57,228 nucleotides of DNA from a virus (lineage: Duplodnaviria > Caudoviricetes), in IMG/VR virus record IMGVR_UViG_3300030117_002543, positions 1 through 57,228 of that record. One strand, written 5' to 3'. The notes under the pieces are model-generated. The model saw nothing but the letters and a program-made list of their open reading frames with translations, ran no database searches and was not told the origin of the DNA. A program made the position numbers and the translations under genes. Shown here one piece after another: positions 38,174-46,643 of the stretch (position 1 is its first letter; the number at the start of each line of letters is the position of its first letter).

Positions 38174-38829
38174 TGCATCTTCTCCTCCATCTGCTTTCTC
38201 ACATCCAACCACACTTCGGGATGGTTCTGCGCGAGAACCTCCTTGATGACTTGCATCTGATGAACTATTATCGTGTCTTGCCTCTTGTGAACCAACTTGC
38301 CCTTGAACTCCATGAGGTACTTGAGGCTCTCACGAATCTCCTTAGCCAACTTGGTCAGCGAGTCGATGTACTTGGGGTCGAGGCCATCCTCTGCGAACAA
38401 CTCGTCAACCTTCGACTCAAGCCTAGTGATGTTGCTACTGAGAACCCCAATCTCATCGACATCCTTCTGTGCGATTAATTGTGCCGCTGACTGTTGGACT
38501 AGTGGCTGTAGGTGATGCTTCATGTGTCGCATGATTTGGTCTTCTGAGCAACCGACTACCTCTGCCGCTGTTGTTGGTGTCATTATCCCATCATGCACCT
38601 GCTTCTCTATCTCGATACGAATCGGATGTGTGCATACCTTGCACCTTGGGTTGGATGTGTTTGTGTAGCCAGCCATGTGATTCCTCTGATGTCGTGATGA
38701 TGTGCCACTGGGCCAGTTCATCCTATTGTCCAACTCATCGGCAGTGATAGCCATGGACTCCAAGTCATGCTCTAGTTGCTCACGGTCCTCATGGTTGCAA
38801 AGTGCGCATCTCTTTCTCGTAATCATCAT
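38170..38829 (-). CDS. Duplicated Zn-finger/HTH protein, possible terminase small subunit
   Basis: Two repeats of RCxxCxH...RHxxxH followed by a coiled-coil; the TerS call is inference. Confidence 0.5.
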   Translation of the reverse strand: MMITRKRCALCNHEDREQLEHDLESMAITADELDNRMNWPSGTSSRHQRNHMAGYTNTSNPRCKVCTHPIRIEIEKQVHDGIMTPTTAAEVVGCSEDQIMRHMKHHLQPLVQQSAAQLIAQKDVDEIGVLSSNITRLESKVDELFAEDGLDPKYIDSLTKLAKEIRESLKYLMEFKGKLVHKRQDTIIVHQMQVIKEVLAQNHPEVWLDVRKQMEEKMQ

Positions 38830-39917
38830 TACACATCCAATGTTCCTTGTTCACCAGACACAAATTCTTGCTCTCTCTTTCTTTTATCAGCAAGGTCTTG
38901 TCTGACGTTCTTTGTTCTCTCTAAATTAGTAACTGCGGCTACATTCTTCCTACCGCCATAACCCGGCAAAAACTTTCCTTTTACATCCCTACCTAGTTTA
39001 GTTTGCTTGGTTTTCGGTCTCTTTGCTTTTTTCTCTTCGCTCTTTTGCTTGGCTTCTCTTGCCGCTCTAGCCGCCGGAGATTCTTCTGAACCCTCAGTGA
39101 ATGTCATACCGAAATCGCTTAACGTGCCAGTTGGTTTTCTCAAGACATCCCTTGAAGCCTGTGGTAGTTGTTCTTCTTGAGAAGGAGAGTCATCTAGAGC
39201 AGTTTGCTCCTGCACCTCTTGAGACAATTCTTGATTCTCATCCCTCAACTCTTGGTTTCTCTGTCGTGCTGTATCAAACTCAGCGTCAAAAGACCCATCA
39301 TCAGATTGTCCGAATAAGTCTACAAATGAGGAATCTTGTGGGGGTGTTTGCTGTTCAGGAGTTTCTGGTTTTCCAGCAGGAGCAAATTTGTCAGACTCCG
39401 CTTGCATTTGTTGTTGGTACAGTTTGTAGTTCGCATCCCTTGCTAGTGCCTCTCTTCCTCTCCTTACTTTGCTATCAGCGGTAAACGGAATTCTAGGTCT
39501 CTGCAACCCAGTCCAATCACTAACGAATCCACCAACCTTCCCAAGTCCTCGTCTGACTCTACCTCTGGAAGTAGGGTCACGATAGTTCAGCATTCTCTGG
39601 TCTTTTGGTTTTTCTTTGTCTGCCGCCATCGTTTCCTTGAACCAGTCTTCGTATGCCTGTCTTCCCTCCTGTTCCTGTTGAGTAGGTTGAAGCATACTAC
39701 TAGCGGTTATAGGAGCAAGTCTTGCCTGTGCGGTTCTCTCTCTTTGATATGCTCCTTTACCTGCACCATACACTTGTCCCGCAACTTGACCAGCGGTACT
39801 CAAAGCCCGACCTGCTCTTGCTGGCAGTTGACTCTGAACTGTTGGTGTCTGTGTCTGTGTTGGTCTATTCAAGTCAGTCTCAGGGTCTTGTTGCTTGAGA
39901 ACGACAAACCAACTCAT
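38829..39917 (-). CDS. W-tag Q-rich disordered protein (MSWFVVLK)
   Basis: ATG at 39917. Confidence 0.75.
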   Translation of the reverse strand: MSWFVVLKQQDPETDLNRPTQTQTPTVQSQLPARAGRALSTAGQVAGQVYGAGKGAYQRERTAQARLAPITASSMLQPTQQEQEGRQAYEDWFKETMAADKEKPKDQRMLNYRDPTSRGRVRRGLGKVGGFVSDWTGLQRPRIPFTADSKVRRGREALARDANYKLYQQQMQAESDKFAPAGKPETPEQQTPPQDSSFVDLFGQSDDGSFDAEFDTARQRNQELRDENQELSQEVQEQTALDDSPSQEEQLPQASRDVLRKPTGTLSDFGMTFTEGSEESPAARAAREAKQKSEEKKAKRPKTKQTKLGRDVKGKFLPGYGGRKNVAAVTNLERTKNVRQDLADKRKREQEFVSGEQGTLDV

Positions 39918-39921
39918 ACTA

Positions 39922-40758
39922 TCACGCACTTCTTCTTGGTTCTGGAAACTTAGACTCTAATTCTCTGCTTACCTGTGCATCGCCGCCTTGCATTTGCCAA
40001 CCTGCCATGTGCATCTGACTTTGAGCAAGAGGGATTGGACCCTGAAATTGGAATGCTGTACCGTCTGGATAGGAATCAGGATTGCTATTGGCCCATTCTT
40101 GGTATCGCTGTTGTAGTAACGGTCCTCTTGCGGCCTCTCTTTTCTTATCCATGTCTAAGACGGACTGAGTAAATGCCTGTTGCTCCCTGTTCGCCACTCT
40201 GGATGGCATCATCCTATCTGCGAAGTTCGACAAGACGTTCTTCTCCACATGACTGAACCAATCCTCCTTCTTCACTCTGATACCAGTCTTGTCTGCCATG
40301 TCGTCATCCTGCTCAGGGTCAACCGGAAACTCCGATGCGTTCTCTGGATTTACCACAGGCTTCTCCGGTTGCTCTGGTGGCATTCCCATTGGTGGTGGTG
40401 GCATCATTCCCATACCATCCATAGGTGGGGGTGGGGGCATAGGGCCACCAGTAGGCGGTGGTGGAGGAGGCATCTCTTCCATCATCATCGGGTCTTGTTT
40501 GCCTATTTCCTCTCTGCTCTTCTGGTTTCGTGCCTTCAAGCGAGCGAGAAGTTCTGCTTCGTTCTTCTCCGTTCTCCTCTTGGCATCTTCGTCTTGTGTT
40601 GTAGAATCTTTAGTTCTCATCTTCGGAAACTCAGGCATGTTCGCAAACGGACCAGTCTTGCTGTAGTCTGGTCTATCCATGTCTTCATCAGTAGCGAACT
40701 CCTCTGCTACTGCTCTCTCATAATCCGATAGTTCCTTCAATATGTCTTTCCAACTCAT
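39922..40758 (-). CDS. W-tag protein (MSWKDILK) with Pro/Met-rich tract and second tag (DWFSHVEK)
   Basis: 'MPPPPPPTGGPMPPPPPMDGMGMMPPPPMGMPP'. Confidence 0.75.
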   Translation of the reverse strand: MSWKDILKELSDYERAVAEEFATDEDMDRPDYSKTGPFANMPEFPKMRTKDSTTQDEDAKRRTEKNEAELLARLKARNQKSREEIGKQDPMMMEEMPPPPPPTGGPMPPPPPMDGMGMMPPPPMGMPPEQPEKPVVNPENASEFPVDPEQDDDMADKTGIRVKKEDWFSHVEKNVLSNFADRMMPSRVANREQQAFTQSVLDMDKKREAARGPLLQQRYQEWANSNPDSYPDGTAFQFQGPIPLAQSQMHMAGWQMQGGDAQVSRELESKFPEPRRSA

Positions 40759-40986
40759 TTAATCCATCTCCTCCTCATCTTCCTCTTCGTCAATCTTATG
40801 AGTTCCGCAATCTCCCTTGATGGTTTCAAACCAGTCTGCTTTCTCCATTGTGTTCTCATGCTCCATCGCTATACCCACTCGCAATGCCGCTACAAGGAAA
40901 TCCAAGGCTCTAGCAACCTTGCTCTCTGCTACCATATCTGAATCTAGAATCTCTATGGCCTTCTCTACATTACTCTGCCAATTCAT
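40759..40986 (-). CDS. W-tag small protein (MNWQSNVEKA; DWFETIKG)
   Basis: ATG at 40986 after GAGG. Confidence 0.65.
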   Translation of the reverse strand: MNWQSNVEKAIEILDSDMVAESKVARALDFLVAALRVGIAMEHENTMEKADWFETIKGDCGTHKIDEEEDEEEMD

Positions 40987-41068
40987 TTCTTTCCTCTCCC
41001 AAAGCAATACACGCAAATCGCAATTGCATAGTTATCATTTGAAACGTTCACTCCACAGCATGGCAACT

Positions 41069-42247
41069 TCATGCATTCACCTTCATTATGGTTCTCCAAT
41101 CGGTCTTCTCGACATCGGCACTTGTCTTCACCTCATCACTCTCCTTGGCTTCCTCGGCCTCCTTTTTCTTCCTCTTCATGTAGGCCGAATCAGGATGTGG
41201 CTTCCACCCAGCGAGTTTCGCCATGTTAGCCATCTGCCTCCTTGACATTGTGATGAATATCTTTTCTATGTCGTTGGGTATACCGCCCATCTCTTGTGCT
41301 ATCCTCTTGACGATATTGACCTCCCTGTTCGTCTTGAGCATAATTGGAACGTTCTTGATTTGAGTTGCCGCTCTTGTCGTTGCGAAGTTACCACTGGCAG
41401 TGGTGTAGTCCTCATGGTCAACCATCATCTTGAACATCTTGGCAATCTCAGGAATCTCCAAGGCTAGTTTCGCACTGCCTTGTCCTTCGATTGGAATTGG
41501 TGTGGCTGGGTCCAACTCAAAGTCCAACTCCTGTAGGTCTTTTATTGCATCCTTGATTATCCTATGAAGACTCATCGAGTTCTTACCGAGGAAGTTACCC
41601 TCTGCATACATCGCTTGCCACATCGGAGGTCTTGCATTTCCGGGTTCACTGGAATACCACTCGGAGGGAACAGCAGTTAGATTGTCATTCTTGAAGTCAT
41701 TTCTATACTCAACATACTTTTCTGTTAGATAGTGACCATATACAGTCTCATACTCAAAAATCGCTCCATCTTCGTCATCCCAATCAGCAGGTTGTGTGAA
41801 CTTGATGTTAGCCGCATTACCACCACCAACCTCACTACTGTCCTTCCACTCATCCATCTGCTTGTCTAGTGCCATGAGTTTGTTCAGATGCTCCTCGCTG
41901 TAGTTCTGAGTTCGGAAGAACTTCTCGATGTCTCTCATGTCTGCTATTGCATCCCTTGACCAAGGCTCGCCATCAGGACCGCTGTTACCAGCCTGACGAC
42001 CTGAGATTCCCTGACCCTCGACCATATCGAATAGTGACTCACTGAGTTTGGCGTTCCCAATCGCATCTCCACTGAGTCCCTTCGTGGTTCGCAACCAATT
42101 AGACCAGTCTTGAGTAAATGCCTTGTAGTTCCTACGGGAATTTAACTTATACTTACCAAGATTAAGGGAAACTCTGTCCTTCTTCAATTTCTTAGCAACC
42201 ACAACCACATCCTCCCTTTTGTCCCTCATCTTTTTCCAAATCTTCAA
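41069..42247 (-). CDS. Hypothetical protein with C-terminal W-tag (DWRTIMK)
   Basis: 392-aa ORF; start uncertain. Confidence 0.7.
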   Translation of the reverse strand: MKIWKKMRDKREDVVVVAKKLKKDRVSLNLGKYKLNSRRNYKAFTQDWSNWLRTTKGLSGDAIGNAKLSESLFDMVEGQGISGRQAGNSGPDGEPWSRDAIADMRDIEKFFRTQNYSEEHLNKLMALDKQMDEWKDSSEVGGGNAANIKFTQPADWDDEDGAIFEYETVYGHYLTEKYVEYRNDFKNDNLTAVPSEWYSSEPGNARPPMWQAMYAEGNFLGKNSMSLHRIIKDAIKDLQELDFELDPATPIPIEGQGSAKLALEIPEIAKMFKMMVDHEDYTTASGNFATTRAATQIKNVPIMLKTNREVNIVKRIAQEMGGIPNDIEKIFITMSRRQMANMAKLAGWKPHPDSAYMKRKKKEAEEAKESDEVKTSADVEKTDWRTIMKVNA

Positions 42248-42455
42248 AGATGGTTCCCTCTAGTTTCTTCTTTTTCTTCGGCTTTATCTTGAGATACTTG
42301 CCATACGTGATATTGAACAGTGGAGCCGTTCCTGCTGATGTGCTAGTTACCGCTCCTGCCCCTCTAAGCACGGTAAACCAGTCATTTTCATCTCTTGACA
42401 ACGCAATCATATCAGAAGGGTCATTTCCCAACTTATTTTGAGAATCCTCTACCAT
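42192..42455 (-). CDS. Small protein with internal tag (DWFTVLR), ends GCGCGC
   Basis: 87-aa ORF. Confidence 0.6.
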   Translation of the reverse strand: MVEDSQNKLGNDPSDMIALSRDENDWFTVLRGAGAVTSTSAGTAPLFNITYGKYLKIKPKKKKKLEGTIFEDLEKDEGQKGGCGCGC

Positions 42456-42508
42456 CTAACCAAGTTCCACTGGAAGGTAACACTTTATTGTTCTGAATTA
42501 TCGAGATT

Positions 42509-42787
42509 TTACTCTTCAATGACTTGACTAGAAATAAATCGCTCTAGATTCTTCTTATTTTCGTTAATTCCATCTAAAATTACCTTTCTAGTCTCCTCAC
42601 TCATGTCAGCAACGAGTTTTTTCGCATTTTCCTCGGAAATACCCATAGAAACCAGCCTTTTGACCTCTGATTCGACAAATTCGTAGTGTTCATCCAACAT
42701 TTCGTCTAATTTTGCCTTGTTTCTCATCGCAATCTCATACAATCGCTCGTTCAACGCATTTTTTCGCACACTATCGAACCATTCCAT
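42509..42787 (-). CDS. W-tag protein (MEWFDSVRK)
   Basis: ATG at 42787 after GGTGA; first gene of the morphogenesis block. Confidence 0.7.
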   Translation of the reverse strand: MEWFDSVRKNALNERLYEIAMRNKAKLDEMLDEHYEFVESEVKRLVSMGISEENAKKLVADMSEETRKVILDGINENKKNLERFISSQVIEE

Positions 42788-42829
42788 GTCGTTCACCGTT
42801 CGGACTACGATGACACCTATTAATCGAAC

Positions 42830-43140
42830 GAACTTCTACCTTTTGCATACTGGATAAAATCATTATACCATTGTTTTTCAGAAATTGTCACGGAATTTTT
42901 TTAGCACTTGCGCGATTTTATTTTTTTTGTTTATTCTATTTCCAGAATAAGCATTGTGTTGTTTTTAATTTCTTCTTGTTTAACTGCTTGATTCTTTTTC
43001 TCTGTAGTTTTTTACTTGTAAGTAAAAATTTGTATGTTTCTATTTGTATCAAAGGCTTTTTTTCAAGGATTTTATTCATTCTTGATTAAATTCACCATTC
43101 AAAATGCATAACAGAAAACAAATAGAAAAAAAAATTTGAA
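42830..43140. other. AT-rich non-coding spacer with T/A tracts
   Basis: Very low GC. The minus-strand T-run near 43115-43135 could terminate the upstream small-gene transcript. Confidence 0.5.
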
Positions 43141-43147
43141 AAGCAAA

Positions 43148-43168
43148 GCCATATGGTTGTGAACTTTG
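43148..43168. repeat. Dyad element copy 1 (partial)
   Basis: gCCATATGGT-tgtga-ACTTTG; left arm degenerate. Confidence 0.7.
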
Positions 43169-43271
43169 TTTCAACCCTGTTGAATCGGGCTAATAAGCCG
43201 TCATCGTCATCATTGCAATCATATGAACAGCGAAGCATATCACAATTACATTCAATACATCTTTATTCATT

Positions 43272-43445
43272 TTACATGCCCTCGTATCTGTCCTTTTCTG
43301 CTTGCAATGCTGATTTGAACCTGTCACGCTTGAAGTTCGCGTTTGTCTCTGATAATCTGACTATCATCCACTCTTCTTGAACCTCATCGAGGTTGAGTTC
43401 TGCCATCAGGCTAACCAACCAGTTGAAATGTCTCCTCTGAAACAT
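43272..43445 (-). CDS. 57-aa hypothetical protein
   Basis: Translated by hand: MFQRRHFNWLVSLMAELNLDEVQEEWMIVRLSETNANFKRDRFKSALQAEKDRYEGM; TAATG coupling. Confidence 0.7.
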   Translation of the reverse strand: MFQRRHFNWLVSLMAELNLDEVQEEWMIVRLSETNANFKRDRFKSALQAEKDRYEGM

Positions 43446-43627
43446 TAGTTCCCCTCCTTCTCATACTGCTTCTCATAACTCTCAACGTCTTCACAAGTAC
43501 AGTCAAGACCGCAGTTCTCACCCTCAAAACCACACTCCTCACAGTAGGCATCCTGAATTAGGCCAAGGTAAGCCCCGGTTATCTCCAAGGACTCGCCACA
43601 ACACTCACACTCCATATCGTAATACAT
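43445..43627 (-). CDS. Small Cys-rich acidic zinc-ribbon protein
   Basis: CECC...CEEC...CGLDCTC; leaderless ATG 22 nt downstream of CCCTATAAG box. Confidence 0.7.
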   Translation of the reverse strand: MYYDMECECCGESLEITGAYLGLIQDAYCEECGFEGENCGLDCTCEDVESYEKQYEKEGN

Positions 43628-43649
43628 CAACTAGGGGTATTCTCAACAT

Positions 43650-43700
43650 CTTATAGGGTGCGTTTACAAAGTTTACTTACCATATGGTAGTAGGACTTTG
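43650..43700 (-). promoter_or_regulatory. Dyad element copy 2 + TATA-like box
   Basis: CAAAGT(43667)-N6-ACCATATGGT(43679)-N6-ACTTTG(43700); minus-strand CCCTATAAG at 43658-43650. Confidence 0.8.
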
Positions 43701-43759
43701 GCTAACTACCTTGTATTTTTTAGGAACGTCTGGAAACAGTGGAAGCAATTTCATGTTTC

Positions 43760-44482
43760 GACGTTGGAGGGACTAGCATTACGGCGTGGAGTGTTCAACT
43801 AGTATTCTCCGCGTCTTACACCTAGTTATCGCATTGCGAGTAAGCAATCTTGTCGGGCCTTACCCCGGCTGGCTTCTTGTTTCCTTCAGTTCCTATAGGA
43901 ATCTGTCTGGTGTCTTGATAAGGGGTCTTCTCATGGTTCGTTACGGGGATTGCCGCCCCCTGAATGAGTTCGCGCTATCCCGGAGGACTCTCAAACTACT
44001 AATGCATGTACATCGACTTACCTTATCTAATGCCTAAGCGAAAGGACACCTCTCTCGCGTCTTTGTCTCTAACCCTCTCCCATGGGTATCAACAGCCAAC
44101 CTCTCTCTGTCGAGATTCAGAAGGCCGACATTCGGAATTAAAGGAGTGTGAAGGGAACGTCAGGAGTAGAGGACATCATCTCGGAGGTGTTGGGAAGGGA
44201 GTTCACTCAAGACCTCAACCTTCGACCAAGCGCACCTCTAGTGTCTTAGCATCCATCAGTTCCGTGTGGAATGTGATTGGTGGTAGCCGGGACTTATGTG
44301 TACCCGGAAGTTTCCTGTCCTCCTACATAATTGCAGAATTACCGAAACCGCCAATATTAGACTCGTTAGTGTCCTTTACAACGACTCCTATCTCTAGGTG
44401 TGATTGCCCCACGACAGGGAATATTGCACGTTACCCCGGAGGAGGGGTATTCCGTCACTACCGTACTAGTCCGTCAACTAGC
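43760..44482 (-). ncRNA. Candidate ~720-nt structured non-coding RNA
   Basis: Own dyad promoter; 5'/3' closing stem (44451-44478 with 43763-43790); nested long-range helices; no plausible sense ORF. Confidence 0.7.
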
Positions 44483-44503
44483 AATAAGGGCATGTATAAT
44501 TGT

Positions 44504-44551
44504 CTTATGAGGTGCGCATACAAAGTTTGCTTACCATATGGTTGTGCTTTG
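44504..44551 (-). promoter_or_regulatory. Dyad element copy 3 + TATA-like box
   Basis: CAAAGT(44521)-N6-ACCATATGGT(44533)-N3-GCTTTG; minus-strand CCTCATAAG 44512-44504. Confidence 0.8.
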
Positions 44552-44565
44552 CAGAACCCCTATTG

Positions 44566-44661
44566 GAACCAAGCCCCGAATGATATTCAGTGCGCCCCTC
44601 CTTGAATCCCATTGTTACAGGATGGGGGGCGGCGAATCACCTATCACCGGGGCTTGAGTTC
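44566..44661. ncRNA. ~95-nt imperfect long hairpin
   Basis: GAAC/GTTC, CAAGCCCCG/CGGGGCTTG, TGATA/TATCA, CGCCCC/GGGGCG, TCCT/AGGA. Confidence 0.5.
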
Positions 44662-44833
44662 ACTCTTCCGCGTAGCCGTCAAACCATTGACCACGTTTCT
44701 TCAAGTCTGAGCAAGTGCTACCGGATGTTTCCGGGTCTGAGCAATGCTCCCTAGCCTCTTCAAGAGTAAGTCCTCTCTTGATAACTCTGTCATTTCCTTC
44801 AAACCTGAATCGTATTATCTTGTATGTCGTCAT

Positions 44834-45079
44834 TTATTCTTCCTCCGTTTCTATTGCCACATTGTATAGTGGACCGGGACTTCTTCCCTGCGTACCGGGT
44901 TGGTATATGCCAACATCCATCAACCAGAAGACATATTCTATCCCGGTTTTTATCCCGTAGGCATCTTCTAGTTCCTCGTCGTTGGGGTCATCCCTTGCGA
45001 TTATCCCCTCGTTGACGGTTATGCACCTTCTCATCTCGGTCCTAAGCCACTCGTACTCTTTCTCGTTCAATGTATTCAT
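44834..45079 (-). CDS. Small acidic hypothetical protein
   Basis: Leaderless ATG 21 nt from CCTTAAGAG box. Confidence 0.7.
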   Translation of the reverse strand: MNTLNEKEYEWLRTEMRRCITVNEGIIARDDPNDEELEDAYGIKTGIEYVFWLMDVGIYQPGTQGRSPGPLYNVAIETEEE

Positions 45080-45100
45080 GCTAGGGTCTTGAATCACCAT

Positions 45101-45152
45101 CTCTTAAGGTAGCGTCTACAAAGTTGCACTACCATATGGTGGGAACGCTTTG
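45101..45152 (-). promoter_or_regulatory. Dyad element copy 4 + TATA-like box
   Basis: CAAAGT(45119)-N6-ACCATATGGT(45131)-N6-GCTTTG; minus-strand CCTTAAGAG 45109-45101. Confidence 0.8.
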
Positions 45153-45180
45153 GGGGACCACCTTGAGAAGTGGAAGGATT

Positions 45181-45576
45181 TTACTCCTCCTCACGACTCT
45201 TTGCGTGTTTCCTCTCAAAATCTCTCATCTTTGTTTCCTCCAATCGAACCAACCAGTTCTTGAACTCGCTGTTAAACTTCCTCTTGTCCCAAGTAGGGAC
45301 ATTGCAAGACCAATCGGCCTCAGCCAATCTCTCACAGAACTCAAGAGTCATAACGTCATAGAAATCTCCCATGTCGTATATCTCATTGGCTAGGTTGACC
45401 ATGAGCATTCTTCGCCTGAACTCAGCGGGAGTCATTTTTACTCCGTATCTATCACCAATGTGACCAACACCCGCTTGACTTGCCAGTATGCCAAAGCCGA
45501 AGCCGTTGACTAGTGAAATCTCTGTACTAGTGAAGCCCTTGTCAGGGCCGTTCTCGATTCCAACTATCAGAGGCAT
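45181..45576 (-). CDS. Hypothetical protein
   Basis: 131-aa ORF coupled TAATG to upstream gene. Confidence 0.7.
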   Translation of the reverse strand: MPLIVGIENGPDKGFTSTEISLVNGFGFGILASQAGVGHIGDRYGVKMTPAEFRRRMLMVNLANEIYDMGDFYDVMTLEFCERLAEADWSCNVPTWDKRKFNSEFKNWLVRLEETKMRDFERKHAKSREEE

Positions 45577-45758
45577 TAAAGGTTCATCTCCCTGAATGCG
45601 ACTAGAGCGGCTTTCAACTCTGCGAGTGATTCCGCTAGGTCATCACCACGAACTCTTAGGCTCTTGATGATAATCACGTGGTCTGAACCAGACTTGGAAT
45701 GTCCAACTTCCAGTTCGTACTTGTATGGCTTTATCATTTCTTTTGCTTCTGTTATCAT
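45576..45758 (-). CDS. Hypothetical protein
   Basis: 60 aa, ATGA coupling. Confidence 0.65.
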   Translation of the reverse strand: MITEAKEMIKPYKYELEVGHSKSGSDHVIIIKSLRVRGDDLAESLAELKAALVAFREMNL

Positions 45759-45991
45759 TCTTCTTCATCTCCTGTTAATATCATATCTTTCTTGTATTCG
45801 GCTAGAGTGACCCACTCGGTCTTAACGGTCAAGGACAATCGAATCATGCTTCCATAGACCTTTTCGGCAAATTCACCGAGGCTTTCCCAGTATTCAATCA
45901 GTTCTTCTTTGCTGTCGAAGTAGACAACGGTTCTCTTCTCTATTTCTCCACCTGCTCTGATGTAGGTGTCGTATTCAATCTCTGTTCTCAT
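45755..45991 (-). CDS. Hypothetical protein
   Basis: Leaderless ATG 20 nt from CCTCATAAG box. Confidence 0.7.
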   Translation of the reverse strand: MRTEIEYDTYIRAGGEIEKRTVVYFDSKEELIEYWESLGEFAEKVYGSMIRLSLTVKTEWVTLAEYKKDMILTGDEEE

Positions 45992-46011
45992 GTCCAACAG
46001 ATTTTTTCAGC

Positions 46012-46080
46012 CTTATGAGGGTACGCCGACAAAGTGTCTTACCATATGGTAGTACAACTTTGTAAGTGCTACCTCATAAG
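46012..46080. promoter_or_regulatory. Dyad element copy 5: bidirectional promoter
   Basis: CTTATGAGG-N9-CAAAGT-N5-ACCATATGGT-N6-ACTTTG-N9-CCTCATAAG between divergent genes. Confidence 0.85.
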
Positions 46081-46140
46081 ACTTAGTTCAGGCTCTTGGA
46101 TGTCGGGAAAGACACAAACTAACTAAGGAGAGAAAGAAAT

Positions 46141-46602
46141 ATGGCACAAATGGAAAATTGGAATGAATTTAAGGACACCGTGAACAGTTTCCTAAAGGGT
46201 GGTTCAGTCGATGAGATGACTGCTTCCACCGTTGGGGTACTCATCGGTAAAGGAGACAACAACATAACGACACAGACGAAGGTGACCTCGGCAATCAAGA
46301 CCATGCTAGAGGACTTCGATGGCGCACCAGTGGGCAGGGTATCCGCTCTAAACGGTGAGGCATTGACTACCTTCACTCAGGCAAGCGAGGCAATCAGGGC
46401 GGTTTCAACCGTCTTCGATTCTCACCCTGCACTAAAGGGACTCGTTCTTCCAAACGGGAGGAGCAAGATATCGCACTTCCCCGATGGTGATGCATGGGCA
46501 GACTTCTTGATTGGAGTCATGCGCAGACACGCAATCTCAGCAAGCAAGGCTGGCTGGGATGGCTCTGCCGACAGCCTAGTGGCTTTTCAGGAGGCTAACT
46601 AA
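46141..46602 (+). CDS. Hypothetical protein, paralog of 49244..49756
   Basis: 153 aa with AGGAG RBS; visible alignment to the 49244 protein. Confidence 0.8.
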   Translation: MAQMENWNEFKDTVNSFLKGGSVDEMTASTVGVLIGKGDNNITTQTKVTSAIKTMLEDFDGAPVGRVSALNGEALTTFTQASEAIRAVSTVFDSHPALKGLVLPNGRSKISHFPDGDAWADFLIGVMRRHAISASKAGWDGSADSLVAFQEAN

Positions 46603-46643
46603 GTCGGTGATGTTGTCTTCCCGGCACACATCAGGGTGAATGC

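Noticed and set aside
593-42441. Numerous plus-strand ORFs of 60-220 aa
   Set aside because: Antisense shadows of the continuous minus-strand operon, without RBS or recognisable motifs.
43190-43270. 26-aa hydrophobic micro-ORF (MNKDVLNVIVICFAVHMIAMMTMTAY), minus strand
   Set aside because: Sits right after the upstream stop but is too short to support without homologs.
43760-44482. RNase P RNA or group I/II intron identity for the large RNA
   Set aside because: Only loose fragments (GGAAACTTCC, AACAAGAAGCC) resemble RNase P; no complete P4 or intron core and no interrupted gene found.
44006-44605. 199-aa plus-strand ORF (and 43786..44037)
   Set aside because: S/P/R/C-rich composition unlike the real genes, no RBS, runs through dyad copy 3, and is antisense to the structured RNA candidate.
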